Positions 36,672 to 47,180 of a DNA stretch of 52,953 nucleotides are shown here, piece by piece. Under the pieces are notes generated by a model that ran no database searches, was not told where the DNA came from, and was given only the letters and a program-made list of their open reading frames with translations. The translations under genes were made by a program, and so were the position numbers. The DNA is from a virus (lineage: Duplodnaviria > Caudoviricetes). Numbering within the stretch: the first letter of the stretch is position 1; every line of letters begins with the position of its first letter. The stretch is taken from positions 1 to 52,953 of the IMG/VR virus record IMGVR_UViG_3300031565_000046; one strand, given 5' to 3'.

Positions 36672-38537
36672 ATGTCAGAGATAACTAACTTAAGAATACT
36701 ATTAAAAAATAATCCTTACGCAGGATATATTATACCGCTTATTGAGCATTTGAATGATCCTACTCGTTTACGAACTGGTGGTAGAACTCGTGCTGCTAAT
36801 TGGATTAACCCTAATTTAGTGAACCCATTTGAAGCATTAGTTGCCGCAGCTATTTTGAAAAATAGATTGGAAAACTGGAATGGTGGTTATACTCCATTGG
36901 AAAGTCAAAATTATGATGTGTGTTGTTGTCCATCAACAACTAATAGTGGTAATAACTGTGGATGGTGTAAGAATCACGTAGGTTCAGCCAGTAGTTGTTG
37001 TCCTAAGTGTCCTAGCGATGGTGGATCGGCAACTGCACGTACATCACCACCTACACCAGCTAAACAAATACTTACAGATTTTGCTGCATTTGCAAATATG
37101 CCAAATCCATTTACACCAACACTATCTGCATTTGAATTACAAATTGGTGGAATGAATATGGATTTACCTAATAGTTACGTATTCTTTAATCAAATGGTTG
37201 ATGTTTTTTATGCAAATGTTGACTTCTTGAATTTCTTTAGTGTGACTTATAATGAAGGTTATTATGGTTCTTTTGTAGAAACTTTATTAGGTGGAACATA
37301 TAGAACCGGTTATAGAGTAAGTGGTTTAGATGTTAGAACTGTACGTGATGGTTCTGCTGTACCTGAGAAGTTTGCAACAACTGTTATTACATCAGGTGGT
37401 TTAACTCCAGATGTATCACCAGGAACAGAGGCTCCTTATTTTACTGTATATGGTACATTAACTTACAGAAATATTGTTTGGATTAATCCGATAGGTAATG
37501 GTTATATTCAGCCAGTGGTTGCACCTATAGGTGGTGTAACAGATCATTATGTTGAAGTAACCATGACTAATACCGATAACGGTGTTAAATTTTCTCAAGA
37601 ATTAGAAGCTCAATTGGGAGCTGCGGCAGATACTTTCTTAGGGGCTGTTACACGAATCAATAATGTGGTTACTATAAATGCTGCATCAAGTGAGTCAGTA
37701 ATGGGTACTTTTGATTTTAGTACTCCAGCTACTTCAGCACCGGGTTGGTTATTTGATTATGTGCCTTATGTTCCAGCAAGTGGTAAAAGAGAAATAACAG
37801 CTATTGACTACTTGTATTCTAGCATACGGGATCTAGCGGGTAAATATTTTGTATTATATGACGGAACAGACTCTCATTTGTTTTATTACCAAGTAAACGG
37901 AGTTTTAGTAGATCCTGCAACATTGGGTTTTGCTTATGATTTTGCTCATGCTGTTAATGTAGTACGTAACTGCTTAGATGCACAAGGTAATGAACGTCCA
38001 TGTCCAGAAGCTAATGCTGAGATACAACGAATCACAGACCTTGTTGTTTTAGGCACAGGACTATTTATTTCTATTGGTCATGACGGTTGTTGTGATGAAC
38101 CTGGGCAACCTTGTCCGGAATGGCAGAACTGTTTGACTTCAGGATTTGCTACAGCAACAGCTAAAGAATCTACAGACTCATTTGGTGGAACTGTTCAGAT
38201 TGGTCCAGCTAATCAAGTTACTGAATTAATCGCTCCTTATAGTGGTACTAATTATGGTGGAAACTATGTAACGGATACCGATTACGTAAATGCTTACAAT
38301 AGCATTGTTGTTCCTGCAGAAAGAGCTAATGGTAATTTTATTGGTTATTTAAAAGCAGTGAGTGCTGGTAATGAATGTGTACCTAAGTGTAAATGTGAAA
38401 AACCTGAGTGTATTGATACTGATACAGGAAGTTTACTTTTACGTAGTACTTTCCCTGCAGTAACTACACAGTTAGCATTTAATAGACCAGCTTCTCCTTA
38501 TGCTGTTGTAAAGGAAGATCGCTGTAAGGATTGTTAA
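36672..38537 (+). CDS. large Cys-cluster-rich putative virion protein
   Basis: 621 aa; multiple Cys clusters; terminator follows. Confidence 0.65.
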   Translation: MSEITNLRILLKNNPYAGYIIPLIEHLNDPTRLRTGGRTRAANWINPNLVNPFEALVAAAILKNRLENWNGGYTPLESQNYDVCCCPSTTNSGNNCGWCKNHVGSASSCCPKCPSDGGSATARTSPPTPAKQILTDFAAFANMPNPFTPTLSAFELQIGGMNMDLPNSYVFFNQMVDVFYANVDFLNFFSVTYNEGYYGSFVETLLGGTYRTGYRVSGLDVRTVRDGSAVPEKFATTVITSGGLTPDVSPGTEAPYFTVYGTLTYRNIVWINPIGNGYIQPVVAPIGGVTDHYVEVTMTNTDNGVKFSQELEAQLGAAADTFLGAVTRINNVVTINAASSESVMGTFDFSTPATSAPGWLFDYVPYVPASGKREITAIDYLYSSIRDLAGKYFVLYDGTDSHLFYYQVNGVLVDPATLGFAYDFAHAVNVVRNCLDAQGNERPCPEANAEIQRITDLVVLGTGLFISIGHDGCCDEPGQPCPEWQNCLTSGFATATAKESTDSFGGTVQIGPANQVTELIAPYSGTNYGGNYVTDTDYVNAYNSIVVPAERANGNFIGYLKAVSAGNECVPKCKCEKPECIDTDTGSLLLRSTFPAVTTQLAFNRPASPYAVVKEDRCKDC

Positions 38538-38555
38538 TCATAAACTATTTAAAGA

Positions 38556-38587
38556 AAGCATCATCTAATTAGGTGATGCTTTTTTTT
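38556..38587 (+). terminator. intrinsic terminator
   Basis: aagcatcatcta-at-taggtgatgctttttt. Confidence 0.8.
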
Positions 38588-38658
38588 GCTCCATAAACTA
38601 TTTAATGTTTAAACATTTTTTATTACATTTGTTTATTATAAACCAACAATATTTAAAG

Positions 38659-38994
38659 ATGGATAACGAACCAAACATGGATCAGGAAAAAACACTTGAC
38701 CCAAATGCTCAACAAGAACTATCTCCTGAAGACTACAAAAAGGCCAGAGAGAATGCTATAAAGCATTTGAAAGGTGAAATCACTTTTCTAAAGGTGGAAG
38801 ATGAATACCAAAGATTACTTGCTGATATAGAAGAAAGTAAAACACGCAGAATTACTATGATTATGCAGCGTGCTCGTTTTTATGATAAGCAGGAACAACC
38901 AGCACCTAACGAAAATCCTGATATGGTGGCACCAGTGGACACACCTCCATCAGATGAAGTTAATAAAGGTCCACGCAAACTCAAAAAAGATTAA
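38659..38994 (+). CDS. coiled-coil hypothetical protein
   Basis: Start MDNEPN; EYQRLLADIEE; ends RKLKKD. Confidence 0.65.
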   Translation: MDNEPNMDQEKTLDPNAQQELSPEDYKKARENAIKHLKGEITFLKVEDEYQRLLADIEESKTRRITMIMQRARFYDKQEQPAPNENPDMVAPVDTPPSDEVNKGPRKLKKD

Positions 38995-38996
38995 TT

Positions 38997-39476
38997 ATGA
39001 AACTTAAAGTATTAAGACTAGGTGACAATGGGGATACTACAATGGATGCATTTTACATTAATGGTATATTGAAGTGTGGTGCTATTGAAGATGAAGAGCG
39101 TGCTATTAAAGTTAAAGGTGAAACTAGAATTCCTAATGGAACTTACAAAGTAGGTTTGCGTAAAGAAGGTGGTTATCACAATAAATATGCTGCAAAATAT
39201 GGTAGCATGCATAAAGGTATGTTGTGTATCTATAATGCACCTGATTGGAAAATTGAAAAAGATGGAATGACCTTTCAATATATCCTTATCCATACCGGTA
39301 ATACCGATGATCACACAGCGGGTTGTTTATTACTAAATGATATCTTAGATTTTAATAAGGATGTTGGTAGTGCTAGCGGTAGTGCATATAAAAGATTTTA
39401 TCCAGAAATAGCAGCTGCAATTGAAGCAGGCGAAGAGGTGACTATTGAATACATTGATGTAGAAACCGGTAAATAA
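38997..39476 (+). CDS. DUF5675 family (L,D-transpeptidase-like) putative endolysin
   Basis: KGETRIPNGTY, ILIHTGNTDDHTAGCLL. Confidence 0.75.
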   Translation: MKLKVLRLGDNGDTTMDAFYINGILKCGAIEDEERAIKVKGETRIPNGTYKVGLRKEGGYHNKYAAKYGSMHKGMLCIYNAPDWKIEKDGMTFQYILIHTGNTDDHTAGCLLLNDILDFNKDVGSASGSAYKRFYPEIAAAIEAGEEVTIEYIDVETGK

Positions 39477-39497
39477 ATCAAATTAAACCAACCAACA

Positions 39498-39872
39498 ATG
39501 TCAGAAAATAATTTAGTAACTAAACGCGTGAGGATGGGTCACAGAGACATTATTAAGTATCAATTGATAACTGAATGTTTCATTAACCATGTTCACATAA
39601 CTAATGCTGAACTTGACTGTCTTGCTTTATTGGGTGCTTATGGTGAATATGATATGGCTGATTTTTGTAATTCTATTGTTGATGAGAAGGTTTTTTCTAA
39701 TTCTCAGACAGTACGTAATTTTTTAAACAAAGCAGCTAAGTCTAAGTTAATATTAAAGAAAGGTATTAAAGGGAGTAATCGGAAGAAGGTAAAGTTAAAT
39801 CCTTCTTTTAAAATTCAAACTGAAGGTACTATAATATTAGATTATAAGATAGGTTATGTTGCCCAAAAGTAG
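39498..39872 (+). CDS. winged-helix-like protein
   Basis: SQTVRNFLNK...LILK..G...V.LNP. Confidence 0.55.
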   Translation: MSENNLVTKRVRMGHRDIIKYQLITECFINHVHITNAELDCLALLGAYGEYDMADFCNSIVDEKVFSNSQTVRNFLNKAAKSKLILKKGIKGSNRKKVKLNPSFKIQTEGTIILDYKIGYVAQK

Positions 39873-40242
39873 TAAACATTTCATACAACCCACTGCTGAT
39901 AAATTGGAATGTCCAGTAGAACTTGTAGAGGATGTTGTAAGTTTTTTTTACTCAGCTGTACGTAAAAGTCTAGTTGAGATGAAAGGTCCCAATATTCAGG
40001 TAGAGAATCTAGGTTCCTTTAAAGCGAAACCGGGTGAGTTACCTAAGTTAGCGGCTAAGTATCAGAAACATTTAGAAGTCCTGAAACCTGAGACGTTTAA
40101 TCAACGTACTCTTCAAGAGAACCTGACGGTAAAGTTGGAGAGAGTGAAAGGTCTGCAGAAGCAGATTTTAGCGGAACGGGTTAGGAAAGCAGAATTTATT
40201 CAACTCAAAAATGAAAGGAAAGCTAAACCAAATATGGAGTAA
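39856..40242 (+). CDS. HU/IHF-like DNA-binding protein
   Basis: VEDVVSFFY..VRK.L....NIQVENLGSFK; typical position before crAss-like head genes. Confidence 0.6.
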   Translation: MLPKSSKHFIQPTADKLECPVELVEDVVSFFYSAVRKSLVEMKGPNIQVENLGSFKAKPGELPKLAAKYQKHLEVLKPETFNQRTLQENLTVKLERVKGLQKQILAERVRKAEFIQLKNERKAKPNME

Positions 40243-40525
40243 TCGTGCAGCAATTCTGGAAGGTATTCAGAATTCTGTGTTTAAGGCGGAACACGTAGAG
40301 CAGATAGCAGCTGAGAGAAAGGCTATTTGTGACACATGTCCATTTCAAGATAAAGAAGGTACTTCTTGTCTAGTGCCTGGTACTCAACCCTGTTGCAGCA
40401 AATGCGGCTGCTCTGAAAAATTTAAAATAAGATCTCTTTCTTCTAGCTGTGGTGATGAAGAAAACCCAAAATGGCATGCTCTCCTTTCTCAGGAGGAAGA
40501 GGATGCACTTAATATTAATGAATGA
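40211..40525 (+). CDS. Cys-rich zinc-binding protein
   Basis: R..ICDTCP...C...CCSKCGC...K.RS.SSSC...KW. Confidence 0.65.
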   Translation: MKGKLNQIWSNRAAILEGIQNSVFKAEHVEQIAAERKAICDTCPFQDKEGTSCLVPGTQPCCSKCGCSEKFKIRSLSSSCGDEENPKWHALLSQEEEDALNINE

Positions 40526-40779
40526 ATGTTGATTTTAATATAGATATTGAAATTAAGGATCTCACGCCTAACTGGTATCTTCTAAGATTGCATAAGCGCA
40601 ATATAGTTGATTACTTGGGTTGGATGGCTGAAGTGAATCAAATCACTGAGCATGAGCGAAATTCTTTAGTAGATATGATTAATTCACCGGATAATGAAAA
40701 CTTTGAATTAGCAATAACAATAATGCAAACCAAAAAATCAAATCAAAATGGCAATAACGTTCACAGCGGAAACGCATAA
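40522..40779 (+). CDS. hypothetical protein
   Basis: MINSPDNENFELA motif; packed ORF. Confidence 0.55.
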   Translation: MNVDFNIDIEIKDLTPNWYLLRLHKRNIVDYLGWMAEVNQITEHERNSLVDMINSPDNENFELAITIMQTKKSNQNGNNVHSGNA

Positions 40780-41590
40780 ATACGAAAGCACAGAGGATGA
40801 GGTAAATAAAATTGACTGGCTTAGTGTGACTAGTTTAGTAGGATTATTCAAGAAACCATTTGACCAAGAGGCAATAGCTGAAAAGGCATCAAAGAATAAA
40901 AATGGTAAATGGTATGGGATGTCTCCCGAAGAAATCATTAAAGTATGGAATGGTGAAACCAATAGAGCTGTTAATTTGGGTAGTTGGTATCATGATCAAC
41001 GTGAAGCTGAATTGTTGATGTGTGATTCGTTAGAACGTTCTGGTTTGGAATTACCTATTGTTAACCCTATAGAACAAGATGGTGTAAAGATAGCGCCTGA
41101 TCAAACACTTGTTTCAGGTATTTATCCTGAACATATGGTTTATCTTAAGTCAGCTGGTGTATGTGGTCAAGCAGATAGGGTAGAAGTACTGCAGGATGTT
41201 ATTGACTTATATGACTATAAAACCAATAAAGAAATTAAAACTAAAGCTTTTACTAGTTGGGATGGTGTTACTCAGATGATGTTGGGTCCTTTATCTCACT
41301 TGGAAGATTGTAATTTTAATCATTATGCTTTACAACTAAGTGTGTATATGTATATTATGTTGAAGCATAATCATAATCTTAAGCCGGGTAAAATGCAAAT
41401 ACATCATATAGAATTTGAGAAAGCTTCTGTTGATGAACATGGTTATCCCGTTACTGCATTAGATCCAGTTGGCGATCCTATTGTAAAATCAGTAACTCCT
41501 TATGAGTTACCGTACTTAAAACGTGAAGTTCAGGCAATGCTTAAGTATATCAAAATGCATCCTGAAGAAATCAAAGCTAAGAAAAAATGA
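40748..41590 (+). CDS. PD-(D/E)XK (Cas4-like) exonuclease
   Basis: SVTSLV, G...H, GQAD...IDLYDYKTNK, HYALQLSVY. Confidence 0.8.
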   Translation: MAITFTAETHKYESTEDEVNKIDWLSVTSLVGLFKKPFDQEAIAEKASKNKNGKWYGMSPEEIIKVWNGETNRAVNLGSWYHDQREAELLMCDSLERSGLELPIVNPIEQDGVKIAPDQTLVSGIYPEHMVYLKSAGVCGQADRVEVLQDVIDLYDYKTNKEIKTKAFTSWDGVTQMMLGPLSHLEDCNFNHYALQLSVYMYIMLKHNHNLKPGKMQIHHIEFEKASVDEHGYPVTALDPVGDPIVKSVTPYELPYLKREVQAMLKYIKMHPEEIKAKKK

Positions 41591-42096
41591 TTAGACTATT
41601 TGACGTAAAAAACAAGACTATTGTACCTACAGAGCATTGCTATGCATTGCCTTGGTTAAAAGTTATTATGGATAAATATCCTGATAATTACATGCAGGTA
41701 TACGCTTACATTTTCTATATGAAATGTCCTAGTCCAGAAAATCCTTATTTCAATAGGCCTGAAGACGAAACAGAAGAACAGATCATAGAAGATTTGCAGA
41801 TTAGTTTTTCAGTAGAAGATGATGAAATCATTACAGCTCTTGAAAAAGCTGAATTATTGTATGAAACACCTAGTGTTAGGGCACATGCCGGTTTAAAGAA
41901 AGCTATGGATCATATAGCTATTTATATGGGTAATACACCTATTACAGATGGTAAAGATGGTAACATAGGACAGATTAGAGCTATGGCTAAAGATTTTGAT
42001 AACATTCGACAGTCTTATAAGGGTGTTTCCAAAGACCTTGAAGCAGAACAAGAAGCTCATGTTAGGGGTAGTCAAAATTTAGCATATGACCAGTAA
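41587..42096 (+). CDS. conserved protein upstream of terminase (possible small subunit)
   Basis: Position; ends VRGSQNLAYDQ. Confidence 0.55.
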   Translation: MIRLFDVKNKTIVPTEHCYALPWLKVIMDKYPDNYMQVYAYIFYMKCPSPENPYFNRPEDETEEQIIEDLQISFSVEDDEIITALEKAELLYETPSVRAHAGLKKAMDHIAIYMGNTPITDGKDGNIGQIRAMAKDFDNIRQSYKGVSKDLEAEQEAHVRGSQNLAYDQ

Positions 42097-44290
42097 GCCT
42101 TACATAGAAATACCTACGTGGGAAAAAGGCGTATGGACAACTACCAGTTATCATACCCGTGAGTTATTCACTACATATATTGAAAGTCAGTTTAAAGAAC
42201 CTGGTCAATATGGTTTTGATGAAGTTTCAAAAGAATTTAATAAGCAAGCTCGTATATTCCGAGAACAAGAAGATGTTTATTGTTTACATCCTTATAGAAG
42301 CCGTGACTTTATAAAATATTGGGATGATGAAAAACTAAAGTGCCGTATGGGTGCTATCTACAAGAGTGAAGATAGAGAATGGTATCTACCACGAGATTAC
42401 TATATGTGGATCAATTTCTTACCAATCTTTGATAAGATGAAAAACGACTTTGATTTCGCTGAAGTCTGGGATGTGCAGTTACATATAGCTCTTTATGAAC
42501 TCAAAGCAGAACTGCATTCCAATCACGGTTCAATACTTAAAAAAAGACAGATTGCATCTTCTTATTTCCATGCTGCTAAAATGATTAATCAATTGTGGTT
42601 TGAAAGAGGGGTTACTTTAAAGATGGGTGCATCCGAAAGTAGGCATATTGATATGGAAGGTACTTGGGGATTTCTTGATGAGTATAAGGATTTCTTAAAT
42701 GCAAATACTGCTTGGTATCGTCCTATGAATCCTGAAAAGGTTAAGAACTGGCAGCAAATGATTGAGGTGACTCAGAATGGAAGGACTAAAAAGGTTGGTA
42801 ATAAAGGGAGGTTATTAGGAATGTCCTTTGAGCAAACTCCTACAAAAGGTGTTGGGGGACCGTGTAAATTATTCTTTTATGAAGAGGCTGGAATTGCGCC
42901 AACTTTAGATATGACGTTTGAGTTTATCCGTCCCGCATTAAATGCTGGGGAAATTACTACAGGATTATTTTTAGCTGCTGGATCTGTTGGTAAGTTGACT
43001 GAATGTGAGCCATTAAAAGAACTTACCATGTTCCCTAAAGAAAATGGTATTGAACCTGTAACAACTAACTTGTTGGATGAAACAGGCGTTGTTGGTGAAA
43101 GCGGTTTGTTTATTCCAGAACAGTGGGGTATGCCACCGTATATTGATGAGTTTGGTAACTCTAAACCAGAAGAAGCTTTAGCCGCATTAGACGCTACTTT
43201 TGAAAAATGGAAGCGCGAGTTAAAACCTGAACTATATCAATTGAGAATATCTCAGCATCCTAGAAATATTAAAGAGGCATTTGCGTATAGAGATGAATCC
43301 AAGTTTCCGCAAAATTTAGTGGGGGATCAGAAAAGAAGAATAGATGCGAAAGAATATCCATATGAGTTAATTGACTTAGCTGAAGACCTTGAGGGTAGTA
43401 TTGTTGTAAAGAAGACTACTAAGATGGAAATTAGAGAATTTCCAGTAAATCCTAAGTTGGAAGATAAAACTGGTTCTATTGTGGTATGGGAAAGACCTGA
43501 TAAAGATGCAGCATGGGGAACTTATTATGGTTCAATTGACCCTGTTGGTGAAGGTAAAACCATAACTTCAGAATCATTATGTTCTATTTATATTTATAAG
43601 AATCCTGTGGAAGTAACTAGGATTACGGAAAATGGTCCAGAAAATTTTATAGAAGGTGATAAGATTGTTGCTGCTTGGTGTGGTAGATTTGATGATTTGA
43701 ATGAAACGCATCTCAAGCTAAGGTTGCTTATTGAATGGTATAACTCTTGGACATTAATTGAGAATAATATTTCATTGTTTATTCAGTATATGATAGCTGA
43801 GCGTAAACAGAAATACCTAGTGCCGAAGGATCAGGTAGTTTTCTTGAAAGAGTTACAGGCTAATAAATCTTCATATCAGGACTACGGTTGGAGAAATGTC
43901 GGTACTATATTTAAAACACACCTACTTAATTATTTAATTGAATGGGTTAAAGAAGTAATTGATACTAAAACATTAGAAGATGGTACTATAGTTCACAAAA
44001 CTTATGGTATCTCACGTATCCCCGATAGGATGGCTATGTTAGAAATGGAAGCTTATAGGAATGGTGTCAATGTGGATAGATTAGTTAGTTTAGCTTCATT
44101 AGTGGCCTTTGCTAAAATACAACAGGCTAACCGTGGTTACATGAAGCGTGTAGAAAATGAGAATGGAAAAGACTTGGAAAAGTCACCAGATTTGTTTAAA
44201 TTAAAGAGTAGCGCTTTCCGTAATATTGGAAAGGGAAGGCTACCCGCAGGAAATAATAAGAGAAGATCACCATATAAGAACTTACGTTAA
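42086..44290 (+). CDS. terL: terminase large subunit
   Basis: LKKRQIASSY Walker A variant, YEEAG Walker B, GSIDPV and IENN nuclease motifs, VDRLVS. Confidence 0.9.
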   Translation: MTSKPYIEIPTWEKGVWTTTSYHTRELFTTYIESQFKEPGQYGFDEVSKEFNKQARIFREQEDVYCLHPYRSRDFIKYWDDEKLKCRMGAIYKSEDREWYLPRDYYMWINFLPIFDKMKNDFDFAEVWDVQLHIALYELKAELHSNHGSILKKRQIASSYFHAAKMINQLWFERGVTLKMGASESRHIDMEGTWGFLDEYKDFLNANTAWYRPMNPEKVKNWQQMIEVTQNGRTKKVGNKGRLLGMSFEQTPTKGVGGPCKLFFYEEAGIAPTLDMTFEFIRPALNAGEITTGLFLAAGSVGKLTECEPLKELTMFPKENGIEPVTTNLLDETGVVGESGLFIPEQWGMPPYIDEFGNSKPEEALAALDATFEKWKRELKPELYQLRISQHPRNIKEAFAYRDESKFPQNLVGDQKRRIDAKEYPYELIDLAEDLEGSIVVKKTTKMEIREFPVNPKLEDKTGSIVVWERPDKDAAWGTYYGSIDPVGEGKTITSESLCSIYIYKNPVEVTRITENGPENFIEGDKIVAAWCGRFDDLNETHLKLRLLIEWYNSWTLIENNISLFIQYMIAERKQKYLVPKDQVVFLKELQANKSSYQDYGWRNVGTIFKTHLLNYLIEWVKEVIDTKTLEDGTIVHKTYGISRIPDRMAMLEMEAYRNGVNVDRLVSLASLVAFAKIQQANRGYMKRVENENGKDLEKSPDLFKLKSSAFRNIGKGRLPAGNNKRRSPYKNLR

Positions 44291-47061
44291 TGAAGGTATA
44301 TAACGCACTACAGTTAAAGAAGGGAGCTAAGGTTGAACAAAACCGCTTTCAAAGCATTACGCAACCGCTTCAGTTTCTTCCAGGTAAGGAGAAAGATGAT
44401 GATTGGGCAGCATGGAACATGGATTGGTTAGAGTGGCAAGGGTTAAAACAGCTGCGAATCAATGCAAGGCGCTTAATGAAGAATTATAAATTAGCTGAAG
44501 GAATCATAGATAAAAGTGATTACTTGGTTGAGAATGATAATGAGTTACGTGATCTAGTTCATACGCTTGCCGAAGAAGATGCTGGTGCTTTAGAATTAAA
44601 GTTCTATCCCATTATACCAAATGTTGTTAATGTGTTAGTTGCTGAATTTGCTAAGCGTAACTCACGAGTAAGTTTTAGAGCTCTTGATGAAACCACCTTC
44701 AATGAAGTTTTGAATAGAAAGAGAGATGAAATTGAAAATGTATTAGTTAAAAAAGCTGAGCAAAAGTTAATAACTAAGATGATTGAAGCAGGAGCTGATC
44801 CTGATGATCCAGAAGTACAACAAAAATTAGCAGAAGAAACATCATTAGATAACTTAAAGACTTTACCAGAATTAGAAGAATTCTTTTCTAAGAATTATGA
44901 AGTGCTTGCTGAGAAGTGGGCATCTAAGCAACATTTGATTGACGAAGAGCGATTCCATATGGATGAACTTGAAGAAAGAGCCTTTAAGGACATGCTTATC
45001 ACAGACCGTGAGTTTTGGCATTTCAATATGTTTGAAGATGATTATGAGCCAGAGTTGTGGAATCCAGTACTGACCTTTTATCACAAGTCCCCTGATGTAC
45101 GCTACATCTCTCAAGGGAATTGGGTTGGGAAAATTGAAATGATGACTGTGTCAGATATCATAGACAAATTTGGTTGGAAGATGACTGATGAACAATTACA
45201 ATCTCTTCAGTATTATTATCCCATAAGATCTGCTGCTTATCCTATTACAGGTCAGCAAAATGATGGAGCTTTCTATGATGCAACCAAGAGTCATGCCTGG
45301 AATGTTGAAGGGCCTTCATTGGCTATGCGTCAATTCACATCGATGCGTGAGAATTTTGTTTATAATGGGAATGATATAGTTGAATGGGTGATGGGTGAGT
45401 CTGAAGACTATAGTGATTTTGGTACAAGTAATATGATGCGTGTGACACAAGCTTATTGGAAGTCTCAGCGTATGTTAGGATACTTAACTAAAATTTCTGA
45501 AAATGGTGAAGTATCTTCTGGTATTGTGGATGAAACATATAAGATTACAGATAAGCCAATATACAACACTACTCTTATCAAGAATAAGAATAAGACTACT
45601 CTTGTATTTGGTGAACATATTGAATGGATTTGGAACAATCAGGTTTGGGGTGGTATTAAAATAGGTCCTAACCAACCTACATTCCAAGGAGCCAATAACC
45701 CTAGTGGTATTAACCCTATTTATTTAGGCATCAATCAAAATCAGATAAAACCACTTAAGTTTCAATTTAAGGGTGATAATTCTATTTATGGTTGTAAGCT
45801 ACCTGTAGAAGGTAGAGTATTCTCAGATAGAAATGTCAAGTCTACTGCATTAGTTGACTTAATGAAGCCTTTCCAAATTGGATTTAATCTGGTGAATAAT
45901 CAGATAGCTGATATCTTGGTTGATGAATTAGGGACTGTTGTTTTATTAGATCAAAACGCGTTACCTCAGCATTCTATGGATGAAGATTGGGGTAAGGGTA
46001 ATTATGCTAAGGCCTATACTGCAATGAAAGATTTTTCAATTCTTCCATTAGACACTAGTATTTCCAATACTGAAAATGCATTAAATTTCCAACATTTTCA
46101 GCAACTGGATTTATCTCAGACGCAACGTTTAATGAGTAGAGTACAATTAGCAAATCACTTTAAACAAGAAGCGTTTGCGGTAGTTGGTGTAACTCCTCAG
46201 CGAATGGGTCAGCAAATAGGTCAAACCAATACAGCTACAGGTATTGAACAAGCTGTTGCTGGTTCTTACGCTCAAACAGAAAGATACTTTATTGAGCATT
46301 CAGATCAATTGATGCCAAGAGTTCATCAGATGCGAACTGACTTGGCTCAGTTTTATCAAGCCACTAATCCTTCAGTTAGATTACAGCATATGACATCTAC
46401 TGATGAAAGAATAAACTTTGAGATAAATGGAGTAGATTTAATGCTTCGTGATATTAATGTTTATTGTACTACAAAGGCTGCTCACCGAAATATATTAAAA
46501 CAACTGCAAGACGTGTCCCTTAATAATAATACAACCGGGGCATCTATTTATGATTTAGGTGAGATTATGCAGGCTGATTCATTGGGTACTTTGAATGTAG
46601 CACTTAAGGCATCTGAGCAAAAGCAAACTAAACAACGTCAAGAAGAGATGGCGCATGAGCAACAACTTAAGCAAATGGAAATTGATAAGGCGCTTAAAGA
46701 GAAGCAAATGGCTATGGATTTTGAAGCTACGGAAAATGAGAAGAAAAACCGTAAAGATATTCTGGTGGCTGAAATTAGAGCTGCTGGATTTGGTGCTATG
46801 CAAGATATAGATCAGAATCAACAAAGTGATTTTAAAGATGCTATGGATGATATGAAAGCAACTGCAGAGTATCAAGATACAGTAAACTTAGGACAACAAA
46901 AAGAAAATAATCGTGTAGCTCAAGATGGCGTAAAAACCCAGCTTAAGCGTGAAGAGATGGCTTTGAAGAGAGATCTTAAGAATCAAGATGTTGTAATTGC
47001 CAGAGAGAATAAAAATCAGTATGATAAGCCGAAAACCTCTGAAACGAATAAAAAGAAATAA
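44290..47061 (+). CDS. portal protein
   Basis: 923 aa after terL; FYPIIPNVVNVL..E, GVTPQRMGQ; crAss-like synteny. Confidence 0.85.
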   Translation: MKVYNALQLKKGAKVEQNRFQSITQPLQFLPGKEKDDDWAAWNMDWLEWQGLKQLRINARRLMKNYKLAEGIIDKSDYLVENDNELRDLVHTLAEEDAGALELKFYPIIPNVVNVLVAEFAKRNSRVSFRALDETTFNEVLNRKRDEIENVLVKKAEQKLITKMIEAGADPDDPEVQQKLAEETSLDNLKTLPELEEFFSKNYEVLAEKWASKQHLIDEERFHMDELEERAFKDMLITDREFWHFNMFEDDYEPELWNPVLTFYHKSPDVRYISQGNWVGKIEMMTVSDIIDKFGWKMTDEQLQSLQYYYPIRSAAYPITGQQNDGAFYDATKSHAWNVEGPSLAMRQFTSMRENFVYNGNDIVEWVMGESEDYSDFGTSNMMRVTQAYWKSQRMLGYLTKISENGEVSSGIVDETYKITDKPIYNTTLIKNKNKTTLVFGEHIEWIWNNQVWGGIKIGPNQPTFQGANNPSGINPIYLGINQNQIKPLKFQFKGDNSIYGCKLPVEGRVFSDRNVKSTALVDLMKPFQIGFNLVNNQIADILVDELGTVVLLDQNALPQHSMDEDWGKGNYAKAYTAMKDFSILPLDTSISNTENALNFQHFQQLDLSQTQRLMSRVQLANHFKQEAFAVVGVTPQRMGQQIGQTNTATGIEQAVAGSYAQTERYFIEHSDQLMPRVHQMRTDLAQFYQATNPSVRLQHMTSTDERINFEINGVDLMLRDINVYCTTKAAHRNILKQLQDVSLNNNTTGASIYDLGEIMQADSLGTLNVALKASEQKQTKQRQEEMAHEQQLKQMEIDKALKEKQMAMDFEATENEKKNRKDILVAEIRAAGFGAMQDIDQNQQSDFKDAMDDMKATAEYQDTVNLGQQKENNRVAQDGVKTQLKREEMALKRDLKNQDVVIARENKNQYDKPKTSETNKKK

Positions 47062-47180
47062 CTGTAGCTATATAATGAGAAAATTATTTAGATGCAGGTA
47101 AATTAGATTAAACATTAAATATTTATATTAAGTATATTTGTTTATATTATTAATAACTCAATAACATTAAACCAACAATT

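Noticed and set aside
40748-41590. CRISPR cas4 gene
   Set aside because: No other cas genes or array; a solo PD-(D/E)XK nuclease before terL is normal for this phage group
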